Source: an uncultured Acidobacteriaceae bacterium (GTDB lineage: Bacteria > Acidobacteriota > Terriglobia > Terriglobales > Acidobacteriaceae). Taken from it: a stretch of 64,000 nt of DNA. The notes beneath the pieces were generated by a model. The model was given only the letters and a program-made list of their open reading frames with translations, made no database searches and was not told the DNA's origin. Both the position numbers and the translations under genes were made by a program. Every line of letters begins with the position of its first letter. Position 1 is the stretch's first letter. The DNA lies in NCBI GenBank assembly GCA_963804295.1, contig CAWDQS010000031.1, positions 54,139 to 118,138 on the forward strand, written 5' to 3'. Below, in pieces: positions 9,195 through 19,151 of the stretch.

Positions 9195-10472
9195 TCACCC
9201 CTTTGTCAGGAAGAAAGCCTCCACCGCCAGCGCCAGGGACGCATGATTCAGAATCGGCTTCTTGCCTTCGTAGCGGGCAGCCCAAAGAATCTGATTCACA
9301 AGATCTCGGGGATAACACTGGCGCAACTCCTGCTTCAGTGTGTCGCGGATAAGATCGATAAGATCCTTGATGACTTTGGCTTCATACGTAATTTGATGTT
9401 CTTCGGCCACGCGACGGAAAATCTCACAGAACTGGTCGTCTGAAACCGTGCCGATCAGTATCTTGGTTTGAATCCTGCGCAAAAAACAGGCGTCCACCAG
9501 CTCAGCAGGGTCCATGTTGGATGCAAACACAACCAGCATCTCGAATGGAACCTCTATCTTCTTCCCTCCCGCCAGGGCCAGAAAATCAATCCGGCGATCC
9601 AGAGGAACAACCCAGCGATTGAGCAGCTCTTCAGGGCGAATCCGCTGCCGCCCGAAATCGTCGATGATCAGAACCCCGTTATTGGCTTTCATCTGCGCGG
9701 GAGCCACATAGTACTTCGTCACCGGGTTTAATTGCAGATCCAGCATCTCCGCCGTCAGCTCGCCGCCCACCAGCACCGCGGGGCGCTGACATAGCACCCA
9801 GCGGCCGTCCCGGCTCATGAGCTTCGACTCGTCTGCTCGCTTGTGAATCGCCGAATCGTACACCGTGATGATCTGGCCATCCACCTCCAGTGCGTACGGA
9901 ATCCAGACCGCATCCTCGGCAACCACCTTCGATAACGTCTCGGCGATGGTGGTCTTCCCTGTTCCCGGAGGCCCATAAAGAAATATGGAGCTGCCGGAGT
10001 TGAGCGCCGTGCCAAACTGCCGCAACTTTTCTTTGCCGATCACAAGATGCGCAAAGGCGCGCTGCACGTCCTCCGCATGCACCTCCACTTTGCGTATGCT
10101 TTGCTGTCGCGTCTGCTCTACATAGCTCGCCAAAGATACCGGCGCCGGACCTGTGTAATGGTTCTGCGAAAGCAGTTCCATCGCGCGCGTTCTGCCTTGC
10201 GTGGTGATGGAAATTTGTGGGATGTTGGCGTTCATCCCTGTCACCTGGCAGTACATTTCCGTGCGCAGTTGGAAGGCCAGTTCCTTGGCCACTTCAAAGC
10301 TCAGCCGCGTCTTATCTGCCAGTTCGGTGATGGACATTGAGCCGGACAAGTAAAGAATCTTTAATGCCAGATCCTCTAGAACGGACTGGCGCACGTCTAG
10401 CTCTGCAAAAGTCTGCGGCTTGTGTGCCGGCCCATCAATAGATTCGCTTATGAAAAAATCGTAATCTGACAT
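9195..10472 (-). CDS. AAA+ ATPase with an N-terminal winged-helix-like domain (uncharacterised family)
   Basis: Walker A is FLYGPPGTGKTT and Walker B is VLIIDDFGRQ, followed by LLNRWVVPLDRRIDFL...FLRRIQTKILIG. The N-terminal ~150 aa look HTH-like (MSITELADKTRLSFEVAKELAFQL). The start is set at ATG 10472; the track start at 10478 is TTG. Confidence 0.8.
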   Translation of the reverse strand: MSDYDFFISESIDGPAHKPQTFAELDVRQSVLEDLALKILYLSGSMSITELADKTRLSFEVAKELAFQLRTEMYCQVTGMNANIPQISITTQGRTRAMELLSQNHYTGPAPVSLASYVEQTRQQSIRKVEVHAEDVQRAFAHLVIGKEKLRQFGTALNSGSSIFLYGPPGTGKTTIAETLSKVVAEDAVWIPYALEVDGQIITVYDSAIHKRADESKLMSRDGRWVLCQRPAVLVGGELTAEMLDLQLNPVTKYYVAPAQMKANNGVLIIDDFGRQRIRPEELLNRWVVPLDRRIDFLALAGGKKIEVPFEMLVVFASNMDPAELVDACFLRRIQTKILIGTVSDDQFCEIFRRVAEEHQITYEAKVIKDLIDLIRDTLKQELRQCYPRDLVNQILWAARYEGKKPILNHASLALAVEAFFLTKG

Positions 10473-10851
10473 CGCCAAATCAGATTACCATCTTTTCCCT
10501 TTTCCCAGTACAGTCCGCTTGTGCCTATAAAATTACCTTTTGGTTTCCCTGTTTTTGCCGGTTTCTTGTCATTTTCTTCCCATCTATGCGCATTTGTACT
10601 TGCTTTCATTTGAAGGTAAAAGGAAAAGAGAAATCATTTCCCCACAGAATAATCCGCCGGTATTGCGACAATATCTTGCTTGCGCAGGCCGCCGTGGTAT
10701 CTGAACTCTCCCCGAACATATATCAGCATTTCTGTATCCCCGCCAAGGCGATGCCTGCGCATTGGGACTTTGCTACACTTCTTGCAGGCCGACCCCTTCG
10801 GTTGAATTGAATCAGACTGCCTTTAACTGCATACGAACAGCAGGAGATTCC

Positions 10852-11757
10852 ATGCAAGTTGTTGTCGAACTCGCGGGTGTGACCAAGGCCTACGAGAACA
10901 AGGTTGCCGTCAGTAACCTCAGCCTCTCCATCCGTGCTGGCCAGATCTTCGGCCTGTTGGGACCGAACGGCGCGGGCAAAACCAGCACCATTCGAATGAT
11001 GATGGGCATCACCCTTCCCGACTCGGGCCGCATCCGCCTCTTTGACAAGCCCTTCGAGCGCCACAGCCTGGAGCAGGTTGGCTACCTACCCGAGGAGCGC
11101 GGCCTCTATAAAAAAATGAAAGTCCTCGACCAGTTGGTCTTCTTCGGTTGCCTGCATGGACTCAGCACCGGGGAAGCGGAAAAGCGCGCCTGTACCTGGG
11201 CCGCGCGCATGGAGATCGCCGATGCGCTCCACAAAAAGACCGAAGAGCTCTCCAAGGGCATGCAGCAGAAGATCCAATTCATCGCCACGCTGCTCCACGC
11301 GCCCAGGCTTATCGTCATGGACGAGCCCTTCACCGGCCTTGACCCTGTGAACGCCGTGCTGGTCGAACAGACGCTGCTCGAACTCAAGGACCAAGGCAAC
11401 GCCATACTCTTTTCCACCCATCGCATGGACCAAGTAGAAAAGCTCTGCGACTCCATCTGCCTCATCAATAACGGCGAGGATGTGCTCTCTGGCAACCTGC
11501 GCGAAATCAAGAGCCGTTACGAGTGCAACCGCGTGATCGTCGAGTTCGAGGGTGACTCAGCTTTTTTGAACAGTGAAGAAGTCGCGGAGGCCAAGAACTT
11601 CTCCGGCCACGCCGAAATCAAGCTCAAGCCGCATGGCAACGCGCAGAAACTGCTGCATGAAGCCGCGGCCATGGCGACTATTTATCGCTTCGAACTGGTC
11701 GAGCCGTCACTGGAAGAGATTTTCATCCAGACCGTGGGAGGCAAGAATCATGCGTAA
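10852..11757 (+). CDS. ABC transporter ATP-binding protein (NatA-like, ABC-2 type)
   Basis: It has Walker A (GPNGAGKTS), the signature LSKGMQQK and Walker B (LIVMDEPFTGLD). ATG 10852 follows AGGAG. Confidence 0.9.
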   Translation: MQVVVELAGVTKAYENKVAVSNLSLSIRAGQIFGLLGPNGAGKTSTIRMMMGITLPDSGRIRLFDKPFERHSLEQVGYLPEERGLYKKMKVLDQLVFFGCLHGLSTGEAEKRACTWAARMEIADALHKKTEELSKGMQQKIQFIATLLHAPRLIVMDEPFTGLDPVNAVLVEQTLLELKDQGNAILFSTHRMDQVEKLCDSICLINNGEDVLSGNLREIKSRYECNRVIVEFEGDSAFLNSEEVAEAKNFSGHAEIKLKPHGNAQKLLHEAAAMATIYRFELVEPSLEEIFIQTVGGKNHA

Positions 11758-12997
11758 CATCCTTCTCGTCGCCAAGCGCGAATACCTGGAACAGATCCGT
11801 GGCCGCGCCTTCAAAATCTCCACCGTCGCCTTGCCTCTTATGATCGCCGCGCTGCTGGCCTTCAGTTATTACATGGATCACAAGGCCGGCACCGGAAAGT
11901 ACATCGTAATCGTTGCCGATAACGCTTTTCTCGCCGATCAGGTTCGCCAGCAGATGCTCGAAGACAAGTACGCCAACTATATTGTGGAGGTGGCGGCGCC
12001 GGCAACTGCGTACGAGCGCGACGCGTGGCAACAAAAATTGAGTTCCAGGGCAATCGATGGCGTTCTGGCCATCGATTCCACCAATCCGCAAAAAATTACG
12101 GCCACCTTCACTTCACTCTCCGCCGCCGATGTCTCCGCGTATGGCAGCCTGCAAAGCGCATTGAATCGCGGCATCATCAACCAGCGCATGATCGCCAGGG
12201 GTGTCAGTCAGGCCGATGCCGACGCCTTGCTCGCCAAGGTTCCCATCGAGGTTTTGCAACTGAACAAAGAGGGAAAAATCGGCAAGAGCAACGGAAAAGT
12301 TACCGTGATCAAAGCAACCCTCATGCTGATCATGCTCTCCCTTCCCATCATGCTCTACGGGCTGGATATGGCTCGCGCAATTATCGAGGAGAAGACTTCG
12401 CGTATCTTCGAGGTCATGCTGGCAGTGGCCAAGCCCAGCGATCTGCTGGCAGGCAAGCTGCTGGGCGTGGGCGGTGTCGGCCTTACGCAAATCGCCATTT
12501 GGGTCGTGGGCGCCACGATATTTATGGGTACTCAGCTCGCCGCCGCACTGCTCACCGGCGACATCGCCATCCGTTTCTCCTGGACCGAGGGTATCTTCTT
12601 TCCCATCTACTTTGTGCTGGGATTCATTCTCTTCAGCGCCATCTTTTCGGGCCTTGCGGCAACTTGCGAAACCGCAAATGACCTGCAGAAGTTCATGTGG
12701 GTGGCCATTGTTCCGCTTTACACCAGCATGGGTTTTCTTCCCGTGATGATCAAGGACCCAAACTCCGCATGGTCCATTGCCGCAACCCTATGTCCGCTAA
12801 CCTCGCCTTACACGATGATCTCGCGCATGGGCATGGCTGTGGTTCCGCTTTGGCAGATTGCCCTGTCGATCATCCTGCTGGCGCTCACCATTTGGGGTGT
12901 ACTCTGGTTCTCCTCGCGACTCTACCGCGTAGGCATCCTCATGTACGGCAAGCGCGCCACCTTCCCCGAGCTCCTGCGCTGGCTGCGCTACTGCTAG
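11750..12997 (+). CDS. ABC-2 type transporter permease (NatB-like)
   Basis: ATG 11750 overlaps the natA-like stop (ATGCGTAA). One N-terminal TM helix and a large extracytoplasmic loop are followed by about five C-terminal TM helices. Confidence 0.8.
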   Translation: MRNILLVAKREYLEQIRGRAFKISTVALPLMIAALLAFSYYMDHKAGTGKYIVIVADNAFLADQVRQQMLEDKYANYIVEVAAPATAYERDAWQQKLSSRAIDGVLAIDSTNPQKITATFTSLSAADVSAYGSLQSALNRGIINQRMIARGVSQADADALLAKVPIEVLQLNKEGKIGKSNGKVTVIKATLMLIMLSLPIMLYGLDMARAIIEEKTSRIFEVMLAVAKPSDLLAGKLLGVGGVGLTQIAIWVVGATIFMGTQLAAALLTGDIAIRFSWTEGIFFPIYFVLGFILFSAIFSGLAATCETANDLQKFMWVAIVPLYTSMGFLPVMIKDPNSAWSIAATLCPLTSPYTMISRMGMAVVPLWQIALSIILLALTIWGVLWFSSRLYRVGILMYGKRATFPELLRWLRYC

Positions 12998-13106
12998 AGA
13001 TGTTTGTCGCACGGACGATCCGGATGCCCCTCCCTCGCCACGTTCTACTTATTGCGGCTAGTGTGGGAGGGGTGCTAAAGCCACTAACTCCGCTAATATC
13101 AAATTA

Positions 13107-13805
13107 GTGACCGCCGAACCCACCCATCGATTCACCCTCCTCCAGCGCATCGTCCTGGCCATCGTCCCGCGCGTCGTTTCGGCGCTGGTCTGGCTCTGTG
13201 GCCTTACCTGGCGTTTCGAGGTCCTCGCCCCGCAAGGCGTCACGCCCACCGTCTTCGGCGAGAAGTCCCCGCCCAACATCTACTGCTTTTGGCACCAGTG
13301 CGTGCTGCCATGCACGGTTTACTTCCGCTACTCCCGCGCCGTCATCCTCATCAGCCAGAGCTTCGACGGCGAACTGATTACCCGCATCCTGAAGATGTTC
13401 GGCTTCGACGCCGTGCGCGGCTCCAGCTCGCGTGGCGCGCGCGAGGGGCTGCTTGGCCTGGCAAACGTCATCCAAACCTGCCGCACCGCCATCTTCACCG
13501 CCGACGGTCCTCGCGGTCCCATCTATCAAACCAAGATGGGCCCCATCAAGCTGGCGCAGATGACCGGCGCGCCCATCGGCGCCTTTCACCTCCAACCCGA
13601 ACACGCCTGGGTCATCTCTGCCGCATGGGACCATTTCCTCGTCCCCAAACCCTTCACCCGTATCTGCGTCAGTTGGGGGCCGTGGACGTATGTCCCCGCC
13701 GATCTCACTTCCGAAAACTTCGAGCCTAAACGTCAGCAGCTAAACGCCGCCATCGAATTCGCCCGCCTCCGCTCCTACGACTACTTCAAGAAGGCGCACA
13801 AATGA
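13107..13805 (+). CDS. DUF374-type lysophospholipid-acyltransferase-like protein
   Basis: The blocks FWHQCVL...[10 protein letters not shown]...[17 protein letters not shown]...FTADGPRGP match my memory of the DUF374 family. The start is GTG. The stop overlaps the queA start (ATGA). Confidence 0.7.
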   Translation: MTAEPTHRFTLLQRIVLAIVPRVVSALVWLCGLTWRFEVLAPQGVTPTVFGEKSPPNIYCFWHQCVLPCTVYFRYSRAVILISQSFDGELITRILKMFGFDAVRGSSSRGAREGLLGLANVIQTCRTAIFTADGPRGPIYQTKMGPIKLAQMTGAPIGAFHLQPEHAWVISAAWDHFLVPKPFTRICVSWGPWTYVPADLTSENFEPKRQQLNAAIEFARLRSYDYFKKAHK

Positions 13806-14908
13806 CTCGCCCGCCTGAAGGGGATGAAGCAGGCGCAGCCCTGCGTGTCGCCGATTTCGACTTCCATCTGCCCACGGAGTTGATTGCCCAGCAACCCCCC
13901 GCCGAGCGCGGCCAGAGCCGCATGTTGGTGATGAACCGCACCACCGGCACAATGCGCGACTCAACCTTCGCCGAAATTTCTTCGCTCCTCCAACCAGGCG
14001 ACCTGCTGGTCCTGAACGACACGCGCGTCATCCCGGCGCGCCTTTACGCGTACCGCACAGTCGTGCGCGAGCGCGAGAAACCCACAGGCCGCGTCGAAGT
14101 CCTGCTCACCGAGCCGGACGGAGACAACCTCTGGCGCGCCCTCGTCCATCCGGGCAAAAAAGTGCGCGTCGGCGAGCAGCTTATTTTCCCCTCGCCCGAC
14201 GGCACAATCGCGCTCCAAGCCGAAGTCCTCGAGCGCAACTACTTCGGCCAGCGTCTGCTCCGCTTCAACCCGGTCGCTGATTTCTTCGCCGTCCTCGACC
14301 GCATCGGCCACACGCCCCTGCCGCCCTACATTCGCCGCGACGACGCGGAAGCCGACCGCGAGCGCTACCAGACCATTTATTCCCGTGAACGAGGCTCCGT
14401 GGCCGCGCCCACTGCCGGCCTGCACTTCACCCCGCAAATCCTCGATGAACTCACCGCGCACGGAGTCGAAATCGCCCGCCTCACCCTCCACGTCGGCCTC
14501 GGAACCTTCGCCCCTCTTCGTGTGGACCGCGTCGATCAGGTTCGCCTGCATCGCGAACGCTACACCCTGCCGGCTCAGACAGCGGAAGCTATAAACGCTG
14601 CCGCACGCAGTGGACGCCGCATCGTCGCCGCCGGCACCACGGTTGTCCGCACCCTTGAGCATTGTGCACAAATGGCCTTGGGCTGCCGCCTGCAAGGCCA
14701 CTCCGGTGAGACAGATATCTTCATCTCTCCCGGCTTTCAATTCCGCCTCGTCAACGCCCTGCTCACCAACTTCCATCTGCCCCAATCCAGCCTGCTCATG
14801 CTGGTCTCAGCCTTCGCCGGTCGAGAGCCGGTCCTCGCCGCCTACGCCCACGCCGTCCAGCAAAAATACCGCTTCTTCAGCTACGGCGATTGCATGTTCC
14901 TTGCCTGA
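13802..14908 (+). CDS. queA: S-adenosylmethionine:tRNA ribosyltransferase-isomerase
   Basis: It carries [33 protein letters not shown] and [10 protein letters not shown], and the length is right for QueA. Confidence 0.92.
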   Translation: MTRPPEGDEAGAALRVADFDFHLPTELIAQQPPAERGQSRMLVMNRTTGTMRDSTFAEISSLLQPGDLLVLNDTRVIPARLYAYRTVVREREKPTGRVEVLLTEPDGDNLWRALVHPGKKVRVGEQLIFPSPDGTIALQAEVLERNYFGQRLLRFNPVADFFAVLDRIGHTPLPPYIRRDDAEADRERYQTIYSRERGSVAAPTAGLHFTPQILDELTAHGVEIARLTLHVGLGTFAPLRVDRVDQVRLHRERYTLPAQTAEAINAAARSGRRIVAAGTTVVRTLEHCAQMALGCRLQGHSGETDIFISPGFQFRLVNALLTNFHLPQSSLLMLVSAFAGREPVLAAYAHAVQQKYRFFSYGDCMFLA

Positions 14909-14969
14909 CGAAGAGCACTGTGTTTCCAATTCCCTATTCCCTAGTCCCTTCCTTTGCTACACTCGTTTC

Positions 14970-17660
14970 GTGACCGACTCCTCCAAGCCGCCCGTCTTCC
15001 TGCTCGACACCATGTCGTTCATCTTCCGCGCCTACCACGCCATGCAGCGCTCGCGGCCCATGAGCACCCGCGCCGGCCTGCCCACGGCGGCCATCTTTGT
15101 TTTTGTCAATATGATCAAGAAGCTCCGCCAGGACTTTCATCCGCTCTACTTTGCCGCCGTCTTCGACGTGAGCGGAGAGGTCTTCCGCGACGAGCGCGCC
15201 CGCTCCATGAAACCCCTGCGCAAGTGGAATGCCAAGACTCAATCCTTCGACGAGGTCAGCTACGACGGGTATAAAGCCAATCGCGCCGCCATGCCCGAGG
15301 ACCTGCGCCGACAGATTCCCTACATCCGCCGCGCTCTCGAAGCCCTGCGCATTCCCATCCTGGAGGCCGAGGGATTCGAGGCGGACGACGTCATCGGCAC
15401 CCTGGCCCGCGAGGCCGCCGAGCAGCAGCACGAGGTCTTCATCGTCTCCGGCGACAAGGACATGATGCAACTAGTCACGCCCACCGTCAAAATCCTCAAC
15501 CCGCAAAAAGACAACCTCATCCTCGACCCCGCCAAGGTTGTCGAAGTCCTCGGAGTCCCGCCTGAGAAGGTCGTCGATGTGATGGCCCTGCGCGGCGATG
15601 CGGTCGATAACATTCCCGGCGCTCCGGGCATCGGCGACAAGGGCAGCGTGGATTTGATTCAAGAATTCGGCTCTCTGGACGCAGTCCTCGACCGTACCGC
15701 CGAGGTTAAGCGCAAGAGCTATCGCGAGTCTCTGGAGCAGAACCGGGACTCCGTCCTTTTATCCAAGGAGCTTGTCACGATAGATTGCCATGTCCCGCTC
15801 ACGCTCGACCTTGCCGCAATGCAAACGCAGCTCCCCGACCTCGAAGCCTGCCGCGAGCTTTTCACCGAGCTGGAATTCACTTCCATGCTGCGCGACCTGG
15901 GTCCTGCGGACGGCAGCCCTTCGGTTAAGATCATCAGTGAACCCACTGCCGACCAGATCGACTCCTTCTGCATTGCCGCCTGCGCGCGCGGCTTTGCCTT
16001 TGCGCTTGATGCCGCCGCGCCCGCGCCGCCGGAAGAAGATGACGAGCCGCAGCAGTCCATGTCGCTGCTTGACGTAGCCGAGACCGCCGAAAAGCAGACC
16101 AGCTTCAACGTAGGCGTCTGCGCCGATCCTGCCATAGCTCTGAAACTTTCCCTCACCGCCGAACTCCGCGCCCTGCTAGAAGACGCCGCCGTCCCCAAGC
16201 AAACCCACGATTGGAAGTCGGCGCTTCACCTGCTCACCGCGCAGGGCGTTTCGCAGCACGGCGCAGTGGACGACACCATGCTGCTTTCCTACGCACTCAA
16301 CCCCACCCACTCCACGCAATCGCTCGCCGATGTAGCCGCGCGCCACTCGCAGCCCGCGCCCTCCACTCTGCCCGCCGCCGCTGCCAGTATTCGCGCGCTG
16401 GTTCCCGCGTTGAAATCTGAAATCGAAAAATCCGGCCTCCAGCGCGTCTACGAGGAAATCGACCTGCCGCTCGCGCCGGTTCTCTTCCGCATGGAGCAGG
16501 CCGGCGTGCGCATTGATCTCGGCGTCCTCGAAGGCCTCTCCCGCCGCTTTGCCGATGAGCTGACCCGCGTCGGCGAGCAAATCTTCTCCCTCACCGGACG
16601 CCGATTCAACATCAACTCCCCCAAGCAGCTTGGCGAAGTCCTCTTCACAGATCTCAAGCTCCCCGCCCCAGCTGCCCGAGGAAAAAACAAATCCGTCTCC
16701 ACCGCCCAGGATGTGCTCGAATATCTCGCCGATACGCACGAAGTTCCCCGCCTGGTCCTCGAATATCGCCACTTATCGAAGTTGAAATCAACTTACATCG
16801 ACGCATTGCCTCTGCTGGCCGACGCCGATTCGCGCGTTCACACCACCTTCAACGCCGCGGCTGTGGCCACCGGACGACTTTCCTCCGTCAATCCCAACTT
16901 GCAGAACATCCCCATCCGCACTGAGCTGGGCCGCGAGATTCGCGCCGCCTTCACCGCCGCGCCCGGAACGCAACTGCTCTCCGCCGACTACTCACAAATA
17001 GAACTGCGCTTGCTCGCTCACTTCTCGGGCGATCCGCTGCTCGTGCGCGCCTACCAGAACAACGAGGACATTCACACCCTCACCGCCAGCGAGGTCTTCG
17101 GCGTGCCCGCAGCCGGGATGGACAAGCAGACCCGCAACCGCGCCAAGGCCGTCAACTTCGGCATCGTCTACGGCATTTCGCCCTTCGGCCTGGCCGCGCA
17201 ACTCGGCATTCCGCAGGCCGAGGCGCGTGCTTACATCGACCGTTACTTCGAGCGCTACGCGGGCGTCAAGACTTTTATCGAACAGACTCTGGAAGCCACG
17301 CGCAAATCCGGCAGCGTGCGCACCCTCTTCGGCCGCGTCCGCCCCATTCCCGACATCGAGAGCCGCAACCCCAATCAGCGAGGCTTTGCCGAGCGCACAG
17401 CCATCAACACGCCGCTGCAAGGCACTGCCGCCGATCTCATCAAGTTGGCCATGATCGCCCTCGACCGCCAGCTCGCCGAACGCAAACTAAAAACCCGCAT
17501 GGTCCTGCAAGTCCACGACGAACTGCTCTTCGAAGTCCCCACCAACGAGACCGCCGAAGTCGAAGCCCTGGTCCGCGCCGAAATGGAAGGCGTGATAAAG
17601 CTCAAAGTTCCGCTAGTAGCCGACCTCGCCTTCGGCACCAACTGGCGCGACATGAAGTAA
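14970..17660 (+). CDS. polA: DNA polymerase I
   Basis: It has a 5'-nuclease N-terminus (FLLDTMSFIFRAYHA) and pol motifs A (LLSADYSQIELR), B (RNRAKAVNFGIVYG) and C (QVHDELLFE). The track ORF starts at 14610 inside queA, so I trimmed it to the in-frame GTG 14970. Confidence 0.93.
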   Translation: MTDSSKPPVFLLDTMSFIFRAYHAMQRSRPMSTRAGLPTAAIFVFVNMIKKLRQDFHPLYFAAVFDVSGEVFRDERARSMKPLRKWNAKTQSFDEVSYDGYKANRAAMPEDLRRQIPYIRRALEALRIPILEAEGFEADDVIGTLAREAAEQQHEVFIVSGDKDMMQLVTPTVKILNPQKDNLILDPAKVVEVLGVPPEKVVDVMALRGDAVDNIPGAPGIGDKGSVDLIQEFGSLDAVLDRTAEVKRKSYRESLEQNRDSVLLSKELVTIDCHVPLTLDLAAMQTQLPDLEACRELFTELEFTSMLRDLGPADGSPSVKIISEPTADQIDSFCIAACARGFAFALDAAAPAPPEEDDEPQQSMSLLDVAETAEKQTSFNVGVCADPAIALKLSLTAELRALLEDAAVPKQTHDWKSALHLLTAQGVSQHGAVDDTMLLSYALNPTHSTQSLADVAARHSQPAPSTLPAAAASIRALVPALKSEIEKSGLQRVYEEIDLPLAPVLFRMEQAGVRIDLGVLEGLSRRFADELTRVGEQIFSLTGRRFNINSPKQLGEVLFTDLKLPAPAARGKNKSVSTAQDVLEYLADTHEVPRLVLEYRHLSKLKSTYIDALPLLADADSRVHTTFNAAAVATGRLSSVNPNLQNIPIRTELGREIRAAFTAAPGTQLLSADYSQIELRLLAHFSGDPLLVRAYQNNEDIHTLTASEVFGVPAAGMDKQTRNRAKAVNFGIVYGISPFGLAAQLGIPQAEARAYIDRYFERYAGVKTFIEQTLEATRKSGSVRTLFGRVRPIPDIESRNPNQRGFAERTAINTPLQGTAADLIKLAMIALDRQLAERKLKTRMVLQVHDELLFEVPTNETAEVEALVRAEMEGVIKLKVPLVADLAFGTNWRDMK

Positions 17661-17674
17661 GTTGCGTTCTGCAG

Positions 17675-19045
17675 TTATACGCCAAGCTCCGCCCGTATCG
17701 CCCCCGCAATAACCTCCGCGTGCCTCTTCATCGCCTCTTCGCTTTCCGCCTCGATCATCACCCGCGCCAGTGCTTCGGTGCCGCTGTAGCGGATCACCAC
17801 GCGGCCAGAGTCCTTCAACTCCTCTTCTGCCGCGCGAATCGCCGCCATCACCGCCGGAATCCCTTCCAGCGGCCTCTTCTCCCGCACCTTCACATTCACA
17901 ATCACCTGCGGAAACACCTTCAGATCCTCGGTCAGCTCATCGACCCCCTTGCCCGTCCGCGCCACCAGGTCCAGCACCACCAGCGCAGTCAGAAGCCCGT
18001 CGCCCGTCGTCGCCAGATGGGGCAGCAATATATGCCCGGACTGCTCGCCGCCCAGCGCCGCATGATGCTTCTGCATCTCTTCCAGCACATAGCGGTCGCC
18101 CACCGGAGCGCGCAGCATCCTGATCCCAGAGCGCTTCAGCGCCGCTTCCAGCCCCATGTTCGACATCGTCGTCGCTACCACCAGATTCCCCGTCAGCATT
18201 CCCCGCGCCTTCAGGTCGCGCGCCGCCATCAACAGAATCGCGTCGCCGTTGATCACGTTGTTGTGACTGCCGGCCAGCATGCAACGGTCGGCATCGCCGT
18301 CGAAGGTCAGTCCCAGGTCGGCTCCGCGTACCGCCACTTCAGCAGCCACAGAAGCCGGATGCAGTGCGCCGCAGTTTAGATTAATGTTGTGTCCATCCGG
18401 CGCAATATTCAGCAGGATCACATCGCCGCCTAGCTGCCTTAAGATCTCCGGCGCAACTGCCGCCGCCGCCCCGTTGGCGCAGTCGGCCACAATTCGCAGC
18501 CCCTTCAATCGCAGGCCGGGCACACAGCTCAGCAGAAACTGAATATAGTCGGCCTGATACGCCGCGTTGTCCTCCACCGGCGACAGCGATGCCGCATCCG
18601 GCGCCGCAGACTGCGATGCATGATGCAGGATCTCATCTTCCATAGCCAATTCCACCGCATCGGCCAGCTTGAAGCCGTCCGCGCCGAAAAGCTTGATGCC
18701 GTTATCCTGCCAGGGATTGTGCGACGCGGAGATCACCATGCCCGCCTGAAAGCCGTGCCTTCGCGCCAGAAACGCCACCGCCGGCGTAGGCACAACGCCA
18801 GCGCTCTCCACGCGCGTTCCCGTCTCGCGCAACCCTTCGGCCATCACCGCAGCAATCCACGGGCTGGACTCGCGCGTATCCCTCCCCAACAACACCTTGG
18901 GAAAACTCCCCGGAACAGAGTTCCGCAGCGAGTGGCCCAGCGCCAGCCCGCAAGCATAGATCGTGTTTGCATCCAGCGGATATTCCCCCGCCACGGCGCG
19001 AATGCCGTCGGTGCCGAAGAGTTTGCGTGCGTTGCTTGCTGTCAT
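17675..19045 (-). CDS. glmM: phosphoglucosamine mutase
   Basis: It carries FGTDGIRA, the active-site SASHNPWQDNGIK and the metal loop FDGDADR. Confidence 0.93.
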   Translation of the reverse strand: MTASNARKLFGTDGIRAVAGEYPLDANTIYACGLALGHSLRNSVPGSFPKVLLGRDTRESSPWIAAVMAEGLRETGTRVESAGVVPTPAVAFLARRHGFQAGMVISASHNPWQDNGIKLFGADGFKLADAVELAMEDEILHHASQSAAPDAASLSPVEDNAAYQADYIQFLLSCVPGLRLKGLRIVADCANGAAAAVAPEILRQLGGDVILLNIAPDGHNINLNCGALHPASVAAEVAVRGADLGLTFDGDADRCMLAGSHNNVINGDAILLMAARDLKARGMLTGNLVVATTMSNMGLEAALKRSGIRMLRAPVGDRYVLEEMQKHHAALGGEQSGHILLPHLATTGDGLLTALVVLDLVARTGKGVDELTEDLKVFPQVIVNVKVREKRPLEGIPAVMAAIRAAEEELKDSGRVVIRYSGTEALARVMIEAESEEAMKRHAEVIAGAIRAELGV

Positions 19046-19151
19046 AGTCTCGCTTCCCGATTCTATTGGTTAGTGTACGAAGTTTACCGCCATCTGTACC
19101 CAGTCAAGGCTGGTGATCGACCTGTGGCAACGGTGATAGGCCACGCCCACT

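Noticed and set aside
13961-14785. Long antisense or alternative-frame ORFs overlapping well-supported genes. Examples are 13961..14785(-), 20675..21358(+), 30789..31739(+), 46030..46800(+), 59392..60246(-), 17720..18379(+) and 28317..29006(-).
   Set aside because: These are shadow ORFs typical of high-GC DNA. Their products are R/A/G/P-rich and low in complexity, they have no motifs, and each lies opposite a gene with clear family signatures.
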